A stretch of DNA of 64,000 nucleotides. It comes from Chiloscyllium plagiosum. Lineage: Eukaryota. The position numbers and the translations under genes are program-made. This document shows, in pieces, positions 12,346-26,184 of the stretch; the stretch's first letter is position 1; each line of letters opens with the position of its first letter. The notes under the pieces were generated by a model, which was given only the letters and a program-made list of their open reading frames with translations, was not told the DNA's origin and did no database searches. Location: positions 104,143,540 to 104,207,539 of the forward strand of contig NC_057713.1 of the NCBI RefSeq assembly GCF_004010195.1, read 5' to 3'.

Positions 12346-14806
12346 AATTACAATTTCACTAAATTTCTTGCCACCTCCTGATTTGCAGCAGTTACTGAAG
12401 TGTTTTTTTTTCCGGTATTCTCTGTAGTTCGATAATATATCATTGAGACATTCTATTTTAAGAGGAACTGAATATAACTAATTTGCTTTGTCAGAGGGAC
12501 ACAAGCAGAATGGGCCTGCAGCATTGTGAGGATTGCATCTTTGCAGTGTGCCATTAACTGCAGACTCGCCACAATGTGGGCACTGCAAGTTAGAGCTTGG
12601 ACTCGGGAACACAGTCATATAAAATAGACAGTCAACTATTTAGAAGTAACTAGTGCCCTATTGAATCCCTCAATCTGCCTCCACCAGTGCAATACATTGC
12701 GTAGTAGCTGGTATGTAAGAGTGAGAAGTAATTCTTTTAATAAATCTCTTGAAAAAGTAGGTAGGAAAGGTGGACACATCATTTTGAGTTGGGGATCCTG
12801 TGTGACCATCTTTATATCTCCCCATTTGGCCTTCAAAACCCACTCTACCACCTCACTCATCACCTGTTTCTATATTCCATGTTCCCTCACCACCCAAAAC
12901 ACACACCATATCTCTCTCTATTGGCCACATCCTTTCCATCCATGGCCTTGTCAGTCCCAGCAGTGCCTACTGCAATCATATTTTGCAGGGCATCTCCAGA
13001 GAGTGGTACTTCCTCCCACTAAGGAACATAGGTTTCACACTTACCTAGTTATATTCCCCTGTTATCACTATAAGGTGGCCTTGTTTAAAGTCAATTGGTT
13101 TGAAACCAAATTTCATCGGGTGTGTGAGCAGTGAACTCTGTGCTTTATAAAGGTCAACCCATAGGGAAGAAGCAAAGAGGCAGCATCTGTTTGGTTAGAG
13201 TTGTGGGATAAATAAAGGATGGTCATGTTACTGGCCGTAATCTCGAGGCTTTCTGACAGAGAGCAAGAGATAAGAAAATCTGAAGAGAAATCAAGAAGAT
13301 TTACAATAACTATCGAATGTTGATATTGAAGGATTTAATTGCTCAAATATTACTTGAGCTGTGACAATTAAACAGCCAAGTTGAGAAATATGTGAGAGTA
13401 TGAGATGAAGTTAGGAATTTTTGGGATTGAGTAAGATTGGAGGTAAATGATGGGATTGTGGTGCAGCTGATGGGACTTGGCATTTCAAGATGAATTTACT
13501 GACCTTGACGTTTGGAATTTACTTTTTACGGTCATCCACTAGTGAAGGGTATATGTTGTTGATTACATTAAGATTGAATGTTATTAATTCCACACATGGA
13601 TGCGGTTCGTTATTTGGCAATATGGCTATCCAGATTCTTAATCACTTTGACTAATTGTGAATGACAACTTAAAGATGCTGTGACATTTTACTTTAAGCAA
13701 GGACCTTTGTATTTCTGAACTCAGTGCAGCATTTATACATATATCAGGACAAATTGTGCCATAGCAGGATATTGAACAAAAGTCTTTTACTAGTTATAAT
13801 TGTCAAAGCAGGCTGCAACTCTCTATATTTTTATCCATAAAGTTGCAAATATGGGAGCTGGCAACATTATAGTGAAGGAAACTGGCCATGTGAGATCAGA
13901 GTGAATAGGACAGCCAACTGTGTATCTCCTTAAGTAATCAGAACAAATGATTGAGGAAGAACTGACAATTCATAATCAGTGTCTGAATTCAATGTCAAAT
14001 CAAGTCAAGAAGAGAAATAAAGGAAGAGGTAAGATTTATTGAAGAGAAAGATAAAATGAGACAGAAAGGCAAAGTACAATCATCATAAAGTTTTTAATTT
14101 TGCATTTTTAAACTGTCCAACAATGAGATCTGAAGGAATGTTACTCCACACTGAGAATAATTAGTTTTCAGTGCCATAGATGTTGTTTGGTAGTAACTAT
14201 TTTTATGACATAATTAAAAGTTATTTGCTTTGAAATGACAAGAATTACCCCATCTGTCAAGTTTAATTTGTATTTACTGGGCAAATGAAGTAACTTTGTG
14301 CCATTCAACACAATTCAATAGTGAGGCAGACATCAAAATGCCTTTGTGAATATAATTGTGGAGCACTACAACATGGATACCAATTTTTGGATATTTGAGT
14401 GATAAAGCGTTGCTCCTCATCTGAAGGTGCTGTACTATTCACATATGAATAACAGTAAGTACCATTTGCCTCACCATGATTCCTGTCAGCAAATTCTGGC
14501 CAATGTATATTTGTGAAGTGGACTGTCAGGATTTTGCGACCTGTGCTTTATGTAAATTGAGGTATTTTATACACAAAAGATAAAATCACAGATAGCAAAG
14601 AAGTGCAGATTATGGGTGAATGATGCTCTGATACAAAGCTTTTCACTGACTGAATTCCTTATATATGTTCACATCAAAAATTAACAGTAATTGATTACCA
14701 ACAGATGTAATATAATTATATGGACAGTAATCTTTTACCCTCTGATGGCACTCTTTTTGCATTGCCTCAGACTGGTCATTTCTATCATCACTATGTTGAT
14801 TTGCAG

Positions 14807-14927
14807 GATTGATAAACCAAAAGCCTTTTCCATGTTGCTGCACACAGCTGATATCAGCCATCCAACGAAAGCCTGGGAGATGCATCATCGCTGGACCATG
14901 GCATTGTTGGAGGAATTCTTCAGACAG
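14807..14927 (+). CDS. PDE1C: PDE1 (PDE1C-like) internal coding exon, catalytic domain
   Basis: ttgcag| ... |gtaag. 121 nt, phase 2-0. Translates IDKPKAFSMLLHTADISHPTKAWEMHHRWTMALLEEFFRQ (HxADISHP motif) and joins in frame to the previous exon. Confidence 0.95.
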
Positions 14928-15089
14928 GTAAGATCTCTAGTCAGCACAGAGTTTTAAAAAAACATTAGACTGACGGGCACTTACGTTTTAACTGAGAGTA
15001 ATGTTTATATTTGTATAGTGATGGGTCAGCATAACCATCCCCACAGAAGACTGATGAGTGTAGGAGATATTGGGTGAAAAGAAGGTCAA

Positions 15090-16680
15090 GCCCCTGTGCA
15101 ATCAGAGAGTTCCAAAATGGATAGAGGCTATTTGGCCCATTGAGTCCACACCAGTGATCAGGCACCTGTCTATTCTCAACCTGTTTTCCAGTAGTTGATC
15201 AGGAGCCTTGTGTGGTGTGGCTTCAAATGATCAGCTAAATTAAAGGTTATGATGGTTCCTGCCTTGACCACCCTTTCTGGCAGAGAGTTACAGATATCCA
15301 TTACGTGAAAAATTCTTTATTAAATCTCCATAAAACCTCCTGCATTTTACTTTAAATCTATGCCCTGCAGTTATTCATCACTCTACTTTGGGAAAGGTTT
15401 CCACCAATCTGCCATTTCTGTGCTCAATATAATTATGTACACCTCAATCAGATCCTCTTGAAGCTCCCTCTGCCATAAGGCAAAACAACCTCTAGCCTAT
15501 TTAGTCTGTCTTTACGGCTGAAACTTTCCAGTCCAAACAATATCTGCATACATTTTCTGTAGGCTTTCTACATGTTGGTGTAAAAAGCTCTTCTGGATAT
15601 ATTTGAAGAATACCACTTCTCTAAGCATTTCAGACTGTCTATCCCATTAATATTGGAGAAATTGAAATCCCCTACAATTATTAATCTATTATTTTTATAC
15701 TTCTCTGAAATTTGCTAACATATCTACCCTTCTATCTCTTTCTGATTATTTTGGGGACTAGAGTATACTCCCAACAATGTGATTGTTCAATTTTTAATTT
15801 TGAGTTCTATTTATATGGCCTCTGTTGAGAATTCTTCTAAGATACCATCCCTTTTGCAATAGTTCACTCATTGATAAATAGTTCAATACCAGCTCTTCTT
15901 TTACAACCATCACTTTCATGTCTGAATATGCTATACCTTAGAATATGAGCTGCCTGGCTTGTCCATCCCTAAACTCTTTCTGTGATTGTAATAATGTTGT
16001 ATTCCCATATGTTAACCACCACCCTCAACCCACCTGTCTTACTTGCATTAAAATAAAAGCTGTCCAACTTTGTCGAGCTCCCTTGTGTCTTATGTTGACC
16101 ATGTATGTTCTGCGTTCCAGACTGACTTGGCTTTTGTTTTACATTTGCATGATCATCACCCAGTATAGTATCTCCACGTTGTATCCCATTTCCCTGCCAA
16201 ATTAGTTTAAACTGCCAACAACAGCAATTGCTAGTGTGATTGTAGTTAACATGAAACCCATCACAGAAACTGATTTCGTGATCCAGCAATCTAAAGCCCT
16301 CCCTCCTGTACCAACACTTCAGCCACATATACAACTGCTCAATCTGCCTATTCTTATATACACACTCATTTGTAGCACTGGGACTAATCCAGAGGTTACA
16401 ACTTTTGAGGTCCTCCTTTGCTATCTATTACCTATTTCCCAACATCTTTGCTTCAAGACCTCAACCTCTTTCTATCAATGTTGTTGGAACCAACGTGAAC
16501 CATGTTCTCTGACTTTGCAGCCAATCACTAACAATGTTGACCCTGAACTTAGGGAGACAACATACCATCCTGGAAACAATCTGCAGCTTCTTGCCTGTAC
16601 CCCTCACGACTGAGTCTGCTATGACCATAACTCTTCATCTCCACCTGCTCTCCCCTTCCCCATTTGAACTGTGCCCACTC
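15090..16680 (-). mobile_element. Old CR1-clade LINE remnants (3' end and endonuclease region)
   Basis: CR1 3' end pattern at 15090-15560. ORF 15969-16334 reads WYRREGFRLLDH...YFNA...IITITE, like the ORF1/endonuclease junction. Confidence 0.6.
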
Positions 16681-17939
16681 CAGAAGAACTATGAAAATCA
16701 CAATTTTCCAACACAGAAAGATAGTTCCTGAGTGAAATGTCCTTTTTTTAACACATCAGGTGTCATATGCAAGAGAGTTTTAAAAGTTCTCAAGTCTTTC
16801 AGTGAATTAGTGAATGTTTGATTGGGTAGAAATTTGAGGGGATAAGTGAGTTAGCATGTGGGAGCACAAGTGTGATGTTAGTTGAGGGCTTATCAGTTTT
16901 GGGGATGGTTATGTTGAGGAAGGTTGGTTGGAAGGACAGTCATGTCGGGTCAGAAAGGCTACGGGTCGGGGACTAGTCATGTCATATCCTTGGGTAGTTG
17001 GGTCAATTTGGAGAGGACTGTTGGATTGGGGGAATAGTCAGATCAGCTCAGAGATTTTTTAGAGTGGCAGTTGTGTTGTTCACACTGACCACTTTTGAAA
17101 TAACCAAGTATTAATCATTGCACTGTTTTCTGGGTAAGTATCCAGACAAGTCCTGTGCATCGAGCCCAAATTTTACGGAGCTTAGTGCGAGAGACAATTG
17201 CGGAGGTCAATACAGTGGAAATGACTACTAGAAGTTTGTTTCCTGTGCAATTTTATCACCTATATGTCAGGACTCCTGTTGATCTCTGAATCACATCTTC
17301 CTAATTAAGTCGAGATTTAGACCTAATGAAAACCGGAAGATTTAGGCTTTTCCAAAGAATTCTGTATTATTATTTATATGAACAGATGCTTCTACAACAG
17401 CTCCCCAGAGTCCTAAAGATTCTGCCTGATCAAGTGTGGTTGTATTTATTAATATCATGCAACAAAAGTTGGTTTTATCTAAGATCAATGCCTTTTCTGT
17501 GGATATTCAACTCTCTCCCAGTAATCACTTGGTATGCCTAAAACAAAGAGGATTGATGGCAGTAAATGACTCTGAACAATACCAACCCAGTACCACATTG
17601 TGGTAGAGGTGGTTCCGGCAATGGTCATTTGGAAAATGTCACATGATTGCTGTGGTGTTATCTGGCCCCCACTCCAAAAAAAAGGAAATCCAGAAAACCA
17701 GAAGAAAAGTAAACAAAAATTAAGCAAGTGAATTTAACATTTCAGGGGCATTACTGCTTTTAGAAGACACATCCAGTCAGCACCTGAAAGTATCAGGAGT
17801 GGTTGTTGGGGAAAATACCACAGTGTGCACAAGGCTTAGCAAACTTAGTTTTGCAAGGTTCCTGAGCCTTATTTATGTAATAACATTAGAAACCAACATG
17901 AGCAGCTCAATTTCAGTTCTTCATTTCATCTTATTGCAG

Positions 17940-18021
17940 GGTGACAAAGAGGCTGAACTGGGGCTTCCTTTCTCTCCACTCTGTGATCGTAACTCAACAA
18001 TGGTAGCTCAGTCCCAAATAG
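17940..18021 (+). CDS. PDE1C: PDE1 (PDE1C-like) internal coding exon
   Basis: Polypyrimidine tract, then ttgcag| ... |gtagg. 82 nt, phase 0-1. Translates GDKEAELGLPFSPLCDRNSTMVAQSQI(G), including the invariant substrate-binding Gln region. Confidence 0.95.
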
Positions 18022-18839
18022 GTAGGACGCTCAAATACAGGTATATCTTTATCAAAAAGGATTCAATGTACAATCTATGGTTAAATTAACAGGAAACAGC
18101 TTAAAGCATAATGTCATATATAAGCATCTACTTTTATTGAAAAAAATCGATCATCAGGAAATTCAACTCCATTTCTACTATTCTCCAAATCAGGAACAAG
18201 AGCCTGGGCTAGATTTGGAGTCTATTTGAATATCACTGTATGGGAGAAATGAAACGAAACCTGACAAGAACTCCCCTCTGCTTCCTCCATATTGTATTGA
18301 TGTTTGAAAACAATCTACTGGAATAATTAAAAACTAGTATTTATTGTATTAAAGATAAAAAACAAAATCAAAAAAGACAGAACAATTTACCTTAAGGGGG
18401 GAATGAAAGTATGCATTATTACTAGTCAGAAGTTGCAGTATAGAAATGTTATAATGTTAACTTTGGCTTGTTCAAAACTTGTATACTTTTTTCATGGCAT
18501 TTGATTGATGCTTCAAACATGTGTTATTCACAAATTGTTTATGTATGAGTATATACAGTACAATGGTTTGATCATTCAATTTATTACTGTTGACTGTAGA
18601 TGTTGATATGGTAATGTAAAACTAAGAAGAAAAGCTGCTGCTCCCTGGAAAGTAATTTTTCGTAATGCACACTTCTTAGGATTTCTACTTCGACATGATT
18701 ATTTAACATGCTTAATCTAAATTCATCTTCCTCTTACTTCAAAGGATGTACATACTTCTTTCAAATGAGTCTCCATTAAGGTGGAATGTAAAGAAACTTC
18801 ATGTAAAAATCAAAGATAAGCCTGCCCGTAGTCTTACCA

Positions 18840-18997
18840 CACCATACGTCTGCTCTCCCATCAGAGAGATGGATGACTGGTGGTGTCTCAACCTGAGGGT
18901 AACCATGTCTCAGGTGAGAGGAGAGCTTAACCCATGCTGCTGGTCTCACTCTGTATCGCAAACCAGGTATCCAGCCAACTGAGCTAAATCCACCCCC
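18840..18997 (-). mobile_element. tRNA-derived SINE fragment (third family)
   Basis: Minus strand starts ggggtggatttagctcagttggctgg (A-box-like), with no complete cloverleaf. Confidence 0.5.
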
Positions 18998-19989
18998 TAC
19001 ACCACATTAGAAGAAGAAATGTGTCAGGTCAGTGCTCCCAGTAAAGAATGGGAGCATGTGTTGACAGCCCAGAATTTTCTGCCTGTTAAATTTTATAGAT
19101 GACAATTCTTGTACGCACTTTCGCCCTGAGAGTGTTGGATGCTACTGACACAGAATTGTCAGGGTAATTGTCCATCAGAATTTTAAACTTAAACTACAAT
19201 TGCAGTGTAGTCATTCTGTCAGGATATCTGAGGAGTCACAACATGTATGTAGGTGTCATATCCAACCTCCATCTGTCCAGAAACTGAAAGGCTTTGGCAA
19301 TTATTATGTAATCATGGACCTCGATCCTCACTTAAGTCCACTCTGTAAATGAAAATTTGACATCTGTTGGTCAGCTTTGTAAGATGCTTAGGCTAATGAA
19401 ATGATTTTATGGTAGGTATACAAATTAAGATTGCTGCTTTAAGTAACAGAATATTTAATCATTTCCTTCAAGTTTCTGACAAATTATTTTTGTATATCAG
19501 TCACTGCTAGTTGTTATACACAGAGTCCAAGTCCACACTTTCATTTATCCACATCATATTCTCACCCCACTCAACTTTTTTTTATATCCAAATATTTTAC
19601 ATCTGACATGCAACTGAATATTTATTTTTTCCATCACCAAAAAAAAATAGAACCTGTGGTATCCTTACACCTATTAGCCATCACCAGTGTTTTCTGATTG
19701 GTTAATGTACATGCAAAGTCTATTAAGGGCAATCTGAACTGCTAAGGGTGCAGATAAAGTAGGGAGGGAAGGAAGGGGCATTCCTCCATACAGCCACCAT
19801 CGACTCCCACCCCACTGCCCACTCATTCAATCACTCTCACTTCCATTCAATCACTGATTCATCCAGCCACCCACTCGCCGAAGTATTCACCGAAAGACCT
19901 GATTCATTGCAAAACTTGTCTGCTTATGTTAGTTGATGTCATAAAAATGGGGTGTGACCTCTCTTTGCCCAACTTCTGCTGTGTTTGCT

Positions 19990-21960
19990 GACTCCTCTAC
20001 TTCAAGGCAGTTTTGATCCTTCACTAGTCGCAGTTTAAAAAAGTAAACGATCTGGGATGTAGAAATCTTCAGACAATGTATTCACCACTGACTGGAAGAT
20101 TTAGCCCCATTACTTTCCCTTAGGTTTCTTCTCTAGTGATAGTTATTTTATGCCTGTCCCTACCTTGGGTTCCTTGATGATTTAGTATTTTTAGAATGGT
20201 ATTAATGTCCTCCACCCTGAAGACGGATGTAAGGTACCATTAAACTCCACTGTCATTTCCTGGTTCCTATTTATTATTCCCCAGCCTTGTTCTCTAAGGT
20301 GCCTCCATTCATTTTGGCTTCTTCTTTTCCTTTTTGTGTATTTAAATAGGTTTTTACTGTTCATTTGTGTATTTCTTGCTGGTTTGTCCTCATACTTTAT
20401 TTTCTCATTTTTCTATAGTAATTTTTTGTTGTATTTTAAAACTCCCCCAATCCTCTGGCTGACCACTAATCTTTGCCACAGTATGTGTTTCTTTCTTTCA
20501 ATTTGATACTATTCTTCACTTCTTTGATTAACCATGGTTGGCTTATCCCTTTAGAATCCTTCTTTTTCAATAGAATATATCTTTGCTATGTGTTATACAA
20601 TATTTTCTTAAATGTCTGCCATTATTCCGCACTTATTTCTTGCAAAATTCCTTTCCCAGTCTACTCCAGTCATCACAGCCCTCATTCCTAAATCATTATG
20701 CTTGTTTAAGTTTAGCAAAGTTGTTTCTGACCCAAGTTTCTCACTCTCAAATTGAATTCTAAGCTTTACAATGTTATGGCCACTCTTTTCTAAGAGCCTT
20801 TCACTCTGAAGTCATTTAATAAACCTAACTCATTACATACTGCCAGATCAAAACTATCCTGGTCCCTAATGTGATCAATGACACATTGTTCTACAAAACC
20901 ATTCCAAACACACACTGTGCGTTCTTCCTCATGGCTACCCTGGACAATTTGATTTTCCCAGTCTACATGAAATCACCGAATAGTAATCTATTGCCTTTTT
21001 TTACATATCCTCATTATTTCCTGAATTACAGTACTTTTAATGTTTTGTTACAGACTATTCCTACCAGTGTCTTCCATTTGTTATTTCTTATCTCCACCCA
21101 CGTGGATTCTACATTATCAAATGCAAGATCATTTCTTGCTATCATACTTATTCCATCTTGTACTAATAAAACCACCCTACCTCTCTTTCCCTCTGTGTCC
21201 ATATTTTCAAAACTCTACATACCCCTGACTATTTAGTTCACAATTCTGATCTCCTCCTACTCCATGATCAGCTATGAAAACATATCCATTAATCTCTTTT
21301 TGTGCTATTCATTCAATACTTGGCACATTTAAGTAAGCAGCTTTTAATTTTGCCTGTTAACAATTTTTCCTCTTTGACTCTAACAACTGTTGATTTCTTG
21401 TGCTTGTACATTCTGTTCCATTCTGGCAATCATTACCATACTTTTGTTTTATGAAACTACAGATAACCTCTTCTGAGCACCCCATTTAATTAGTTTAAAG
21501 CCCTCTTTCCAGCTTTAATTATTTACATTGCCAAGGCACTGTATCTAGCATGGTTTAAGCTCCCTTCTATCCCAGTTTCCCAGTAGTCAGTGCCCCTGAG
21601 CCAAAAACTATTAATCTCACTCCAATCTTTAAGCCAAACATGAATTCCTTGACTTCATTTGCTCTGAGCCAGTTTGACCATGGCTCAGGTAGTAATCCTG
21701 AGATTATCAGCTTGGAGATTTGGCTTAATAGTTGAGAGTGTGGTGCCGGAAAAGCAGGTCAGGCAGCATCCAAGGAGCAGGAGAATTGATGTTTCAGGCA
21801 AGAGCCATTCCAGCATCTGCAGTCCTCACTTTCTCCCGGTTTGGTTTAATACTCTAGCTCTTAACTGTTCATAATCTTACATCAGAACTTCCCCTTCAGT
21901 CCTATCAATGCAATTAATCCTAATGTGGACAATGACAATGGGATTCCTCCTCTCCTGCTC
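19990..21960 (-). mobile_element. Old CR1-clade LINE ORF2 remnant
   Basis: Pyrimidine-rich reverse-complement LINE pattern comparable to 54225-55695 and 15560-16000. Confidence 0.55.
21728..21838. mobile_element. Penelope-like terminal fragments
   Basis: A minus-strand terminal piece joined to plus-strand ccagcatctgcagtcctcactttctcc. Confidence 0.6.
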
Positions 21961-22879
21961 TAAACCCGGGGAGAACTTATGACCTATGAGACTGGTGGAG
22001 GCAGACATTCTCAATGATTTCCAAAGGAATTTAGATAGCATTTAAGTAAGCAAACTTGCCGATCTAGTAAACCTGGAGTGCAAAAATATATTTGACTGGA
22101 TTACTGTATACAGAATTGCCTCTCATTCATTAATGAGGGCGAGGATAGAATCTGCCAATGGCTGCTGCTCAGTAACCTCACACAACTTGTGATAGTTTCA
22201 TATCGTAAATAAGATGTAACATTTGCTCAGTGTCTCAATCCAGATACACACAGGTAGAGCGACCCCAAGCATAAAGAATTGTTTGGATTGTAGGCTTCTT
22301 CATAATCTGTCATTGTTCTGATGTGCAAAGGATTCTCGTCTTTCAATGTGCAGCTTTTTTAATGACAGTAGTTTGACCCTCATGAGGTGAATGTCATGTT
22401 CTCCTGTAAACCTTCATGACTTCTTCTTTCTGTAACTGCCTTCTGTGGTAAGTTTACCATGAAAAGTCAGTCATTTCCACCATATTTTTTATTTCCTGGA
22501 TGCAAGGAAGTTTACATTTCTGTTTTATCTGCGGTAGTGTCAGACAGGTCTTTGAGCCAAGCTGTGCTCATTAGAAGGCCTGACTTAGTTCACTGTGACA
22601 TCAAACTAAATCTCCATGTCATTCTTATCCTTCCTAACCTGGACCACTCATGCCCCCTTCCCTTCATATTTCTGTATCTCCACTGCGTTGTCCCAGGTAT
22701 TCCCCATGGCCGTTCTCTGTCTGTCCACTATGAAATGCCTTCGGGAGCCATGAAATAACAAGTGTAACACTTTAAAGTGAAAATTTAAAAGAAAACTGCA
22801 GTCAAAAATGCATCAAATCATCATTTTATATCATTCTGATTAATGACATATTTAAAGGCAAACATCTATTCCTGCGAAC

Positions 22880-24130
22880 AAATAGGAGGATGAATCCAAG
22901 CTGGCCAGTTCTCACCTCATCAGTCTACTCTCGATCATCAACAAAGTGATGGAAGCAGCTGTAAAAAGAGCTACCAAGTGGCACATGGAAAGGACTAGCC
23001 TGCTCACTAATGCTTAATCTGGCTTCTGCCAGCTCCTGAGCTCATTTTATAGCCTTGTCCAAACAAAGGGCTGAACTCCAGAAATAAGATGAGAGTGACT
23101 ACCTTTGACACCAAGGCAACATTTGTGAGATGATATCATCAAGGAGCCCTGGAAAATTTCAGTCAATAGAAATCAGAGATAAACTCTCTGCAAATTGGAA
23201 TCATACTTAGAACAGAGGTATATGGTTGTAGTTGGAAGTCAATCATCTCAGCTTCAGGACAGCACTACAGGAGTTCCTTATGGTAATATCTCAGGTTCCA
23301 CCATCTTCAGCTGCTATGTCAATGACTTTCCCTCCAACATAAGGTCAGGGGTGGATCTGTTCACTAATGTTTGCATAATGTTCAGCATGATTTATGACTC
23401 CTCAGATAATGAAGCTGACCTTGTCCATATTCAGTAAAACCTACATGACATCCAGATTTGTGCTGATAAGTGTATGTAACATTTGTGCCATACAAATATC
23501 AGGCAATGAACATCTCTAACAACAGAGAATTTAACTATCGCCCCTTGATGTTCGATGCTGTTACCACAGCTGAATCAACATCCTGGAGGTTCCATTGACC
23601 AGAAACTGAACTAGACCAACCACATAAATTATAGTGCCTACAAGAGCAGGTCAGAGGCTTGGAATTCTGTGGAAAGTAATTCACCTCATCTCTCCGCAAT
23701 AGCCCTCCATCATTTACAAGGCAGAAGTGCTTGCACTGTTAACTTGTCTACATGGATGCAGCACTAACAGCACTCTCTGCCACCTTTAACATTTACTCCC
23801 TTCACCATCGACACACAATGCAGCAGTGTGTATTTATCTACAAGATGTACTGCAGCAATTCATTGAAGCTCCTTTGCAAACTCCTTTCAAACACATGACC
23901 ATTACCACAAAGTGATAGCAGCAGCTGCATAGGAACACTATAACCTGCACATCCCCTCTTAGCCACTTATAAACCTGACATGGAACTATATTGTCATTCC
24001 CTCACTGTTGTTGTGTCAAAATCTACAGTACTGTGGGTGTCCCTATACTCTAAGAACTGCAGCAGGTCAAGAAGATAGCTCACCATTACCACCTTTAAGG
24101 TGATTAAGGATGGGCAATATATGCCATGAA
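22880..24130 (+). mobile_element. CR1-clade LINE (second family) RT to 3' end
   Basis: ORF 23195-23437 reads ESYLEQR...GVPYG...FSCYVND. Homologous to the 7300-10050 host pieces. Confidence 0.8.
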
Positions 24131-24148
24131 CAATTTTTGTAAGAAGTT

Positions 24149-24459
24149 AATCATAGAATCTTTACAGTGTGGAAACTGGCCATTTTGCCTAATAATTCCA
24201 CACCAAATCTCTGAAGATCATCCCACCCAGACTTGTCCTCCCCTACCCTATCACCTTGCATTTCCAATGGCTAGTCCACCCAACCTACACATCTCTGGAC
24301 AGTAATGTGCAACTTAGCATGCCCAATCCACCTGACCTGCACATCTTTGGATTGTGGAGGAAACCCACACAGACAGTTACCCAAGGCTGGAATCAAACCT
24401 GGGTCCCTGGTGTTGTCAGGCATCAATGCTAACCACTGCACCATCATGCCATGCCACCC
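24149..24459 (-). mobile_element. HE1-type V-SINE
   Basis: Reverse complement of the HE1 head, core and tail. Confidence 0.8.
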
Positions 24460-25491
24460 TGGCTGTTAAAACAAACCAATACAGCTGACAGACAATGGTG
24501 AATGTTGAAACTGAAAGAAAAATGGCCTTTTTTCCTAAGCTACAGCATATAGCCTGTCAATAAAAGCAGGCATGTCATTTTCTTCTTCTCAGGAAAAGTT
24601 GCAGACTTTTTCGAATTGAAATGTCTGAGGACTTTTAAATACCATCAGATCATGTGCCAGAGTTCGCATGTAATGTCTTCTATCTTTGAATTTTCACAGT
24701 GATACAGATCACTCCCTGGTGTGCACTTGTATGTAGATGCAACCCTTAATTTTTTTTTAACTGAAAGCACAAAAGCTGTCCTCATATTAAATCAACTAAA
24801 CCGCCTACCCAGTCTGTGACTCATTTGCACAGGCACTCTCTCTCATTATCATACAGAGTGCAGAAGCAAAACGGAACATATTTGGAGACACCATCTACAA
24901 TACCACACTCAACATGTGGGAAGCAAGAGCAAGAGAATTTCTGACTAATTCAGGGGTAACATTACTGTAATGAAACCTATCATTGACTACACTCCAGGTT
25001 TGCTCTCATTAAGCAGAAGTGGGATTTGAATGAGAAAATTTTGAATTCATTAAGAGCTGTGCATGTTTTCTCTATTACAATGTCACATCTCTGATATGCA
25101 TTTAAAAGAAATAGGTCATCTGTAGGTGCAATATAATAGTTTTGATTCTAAAACACAAGTTTACAACAATCCCATTTCCTAACTTTTAGCAGTCCCATAA
25201 CGCAACTATGAAATTAAATGGTTCCTTCTCTTAACATCAAGCAAAATACCACCTTGTCACATCTACTCTGAACTGAACGGTACTGTAGAAAATTCAGTCT
25301 CTGGAGGATTGGAGGGTTAATGTCTCCCATGCCATCACGAACAAACAATCATGATAATAACATTAATTCAGTGATATTGATTCTTAAAACAAAATACATC
25401 TGTGTCAGGTGCAAGAATTGAAGATTTACTCACTTTGAAATTGTTTAAGAAGCATTCATTATTTCTGAAATAATTGCCATGATCTTTCCAG

Positions 25492-25612
25492 GTTTTATTG
25501 ACTTTATTGTGGAGCCAACATTTTCCGTTTTGACTGACATGACCGAAAAGATTGTAACTCCCCTTATTGATGAAGCATCCCACTCCAGTGCCAGTGGATT
25601 TCGGCGAGCCAG
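25492..25612 (+). CDS. PDE1C: PDE1 (PDE1C-like) internal coding exon, end of catalytic domain
   Basis: tttccag| ... |gttag. 121 nt, phase 1-2. Translates FIDFIVEPTFSVLTDMTEKIVTPLIDEASHSSASGFRRA(S). Not in the ORF track; read directly from the sequence. Confidence 0.93.
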
Positions 25613-26184
25613 GTTAGTCAGAAACTAAGAATTGAGTCATCTGCTCATTTCCAATGATTGGAAACATTTCAAGAACTGTTCATTTTTATTAATGGTCATC
25701 TAGCTCGTGAAACAGAAGAGTATTCCTTCCTTTACAAGCCACTTTCCCAAATTACTGCTGAAATTGGTAAAATGAACTGGCATTCAGTTTAAAGGAGCTT
25801 GACTCTGCACTCTTGGGCGCTGCTGGTGAAAATTAATGAAGACACGCGTAGAAAGGGACAGTTTTAAAGTGGAATGGAGGAATTTCCACTCTGATCTGAT
25901 TGATTTTAAATTGAAAGCATCCAAGGCGTCTGCCTCAAAATATATGGTCTGTTTAAATATGCAGATTGAACTCTAATTTATCACTGGGGTCCCAGTTTAA
26001 ATTGAAATGTTAATGGTTATGCAATGCTGACTGTCTGGCAAACTAACCCCATGAAGCGCTGTATTTCAGCAAGGTAATTTTAAAACATTTTGGCATTTCC
26101 TACAGGCAGCCTCTTTGTAAGGCAGTGGTTCCTGCTGTTTTTGGGGGCCAGTCCACATGGCTCTGAGACATGGGTCAGTCATTT

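Noticed and set aside
12400-14450. ORFs 12661-13134 and neighbours as genes
   Set aside because: No recognisable motif or compatible splice sites. Probably very old repeat-derived sequence that I cannot classify.
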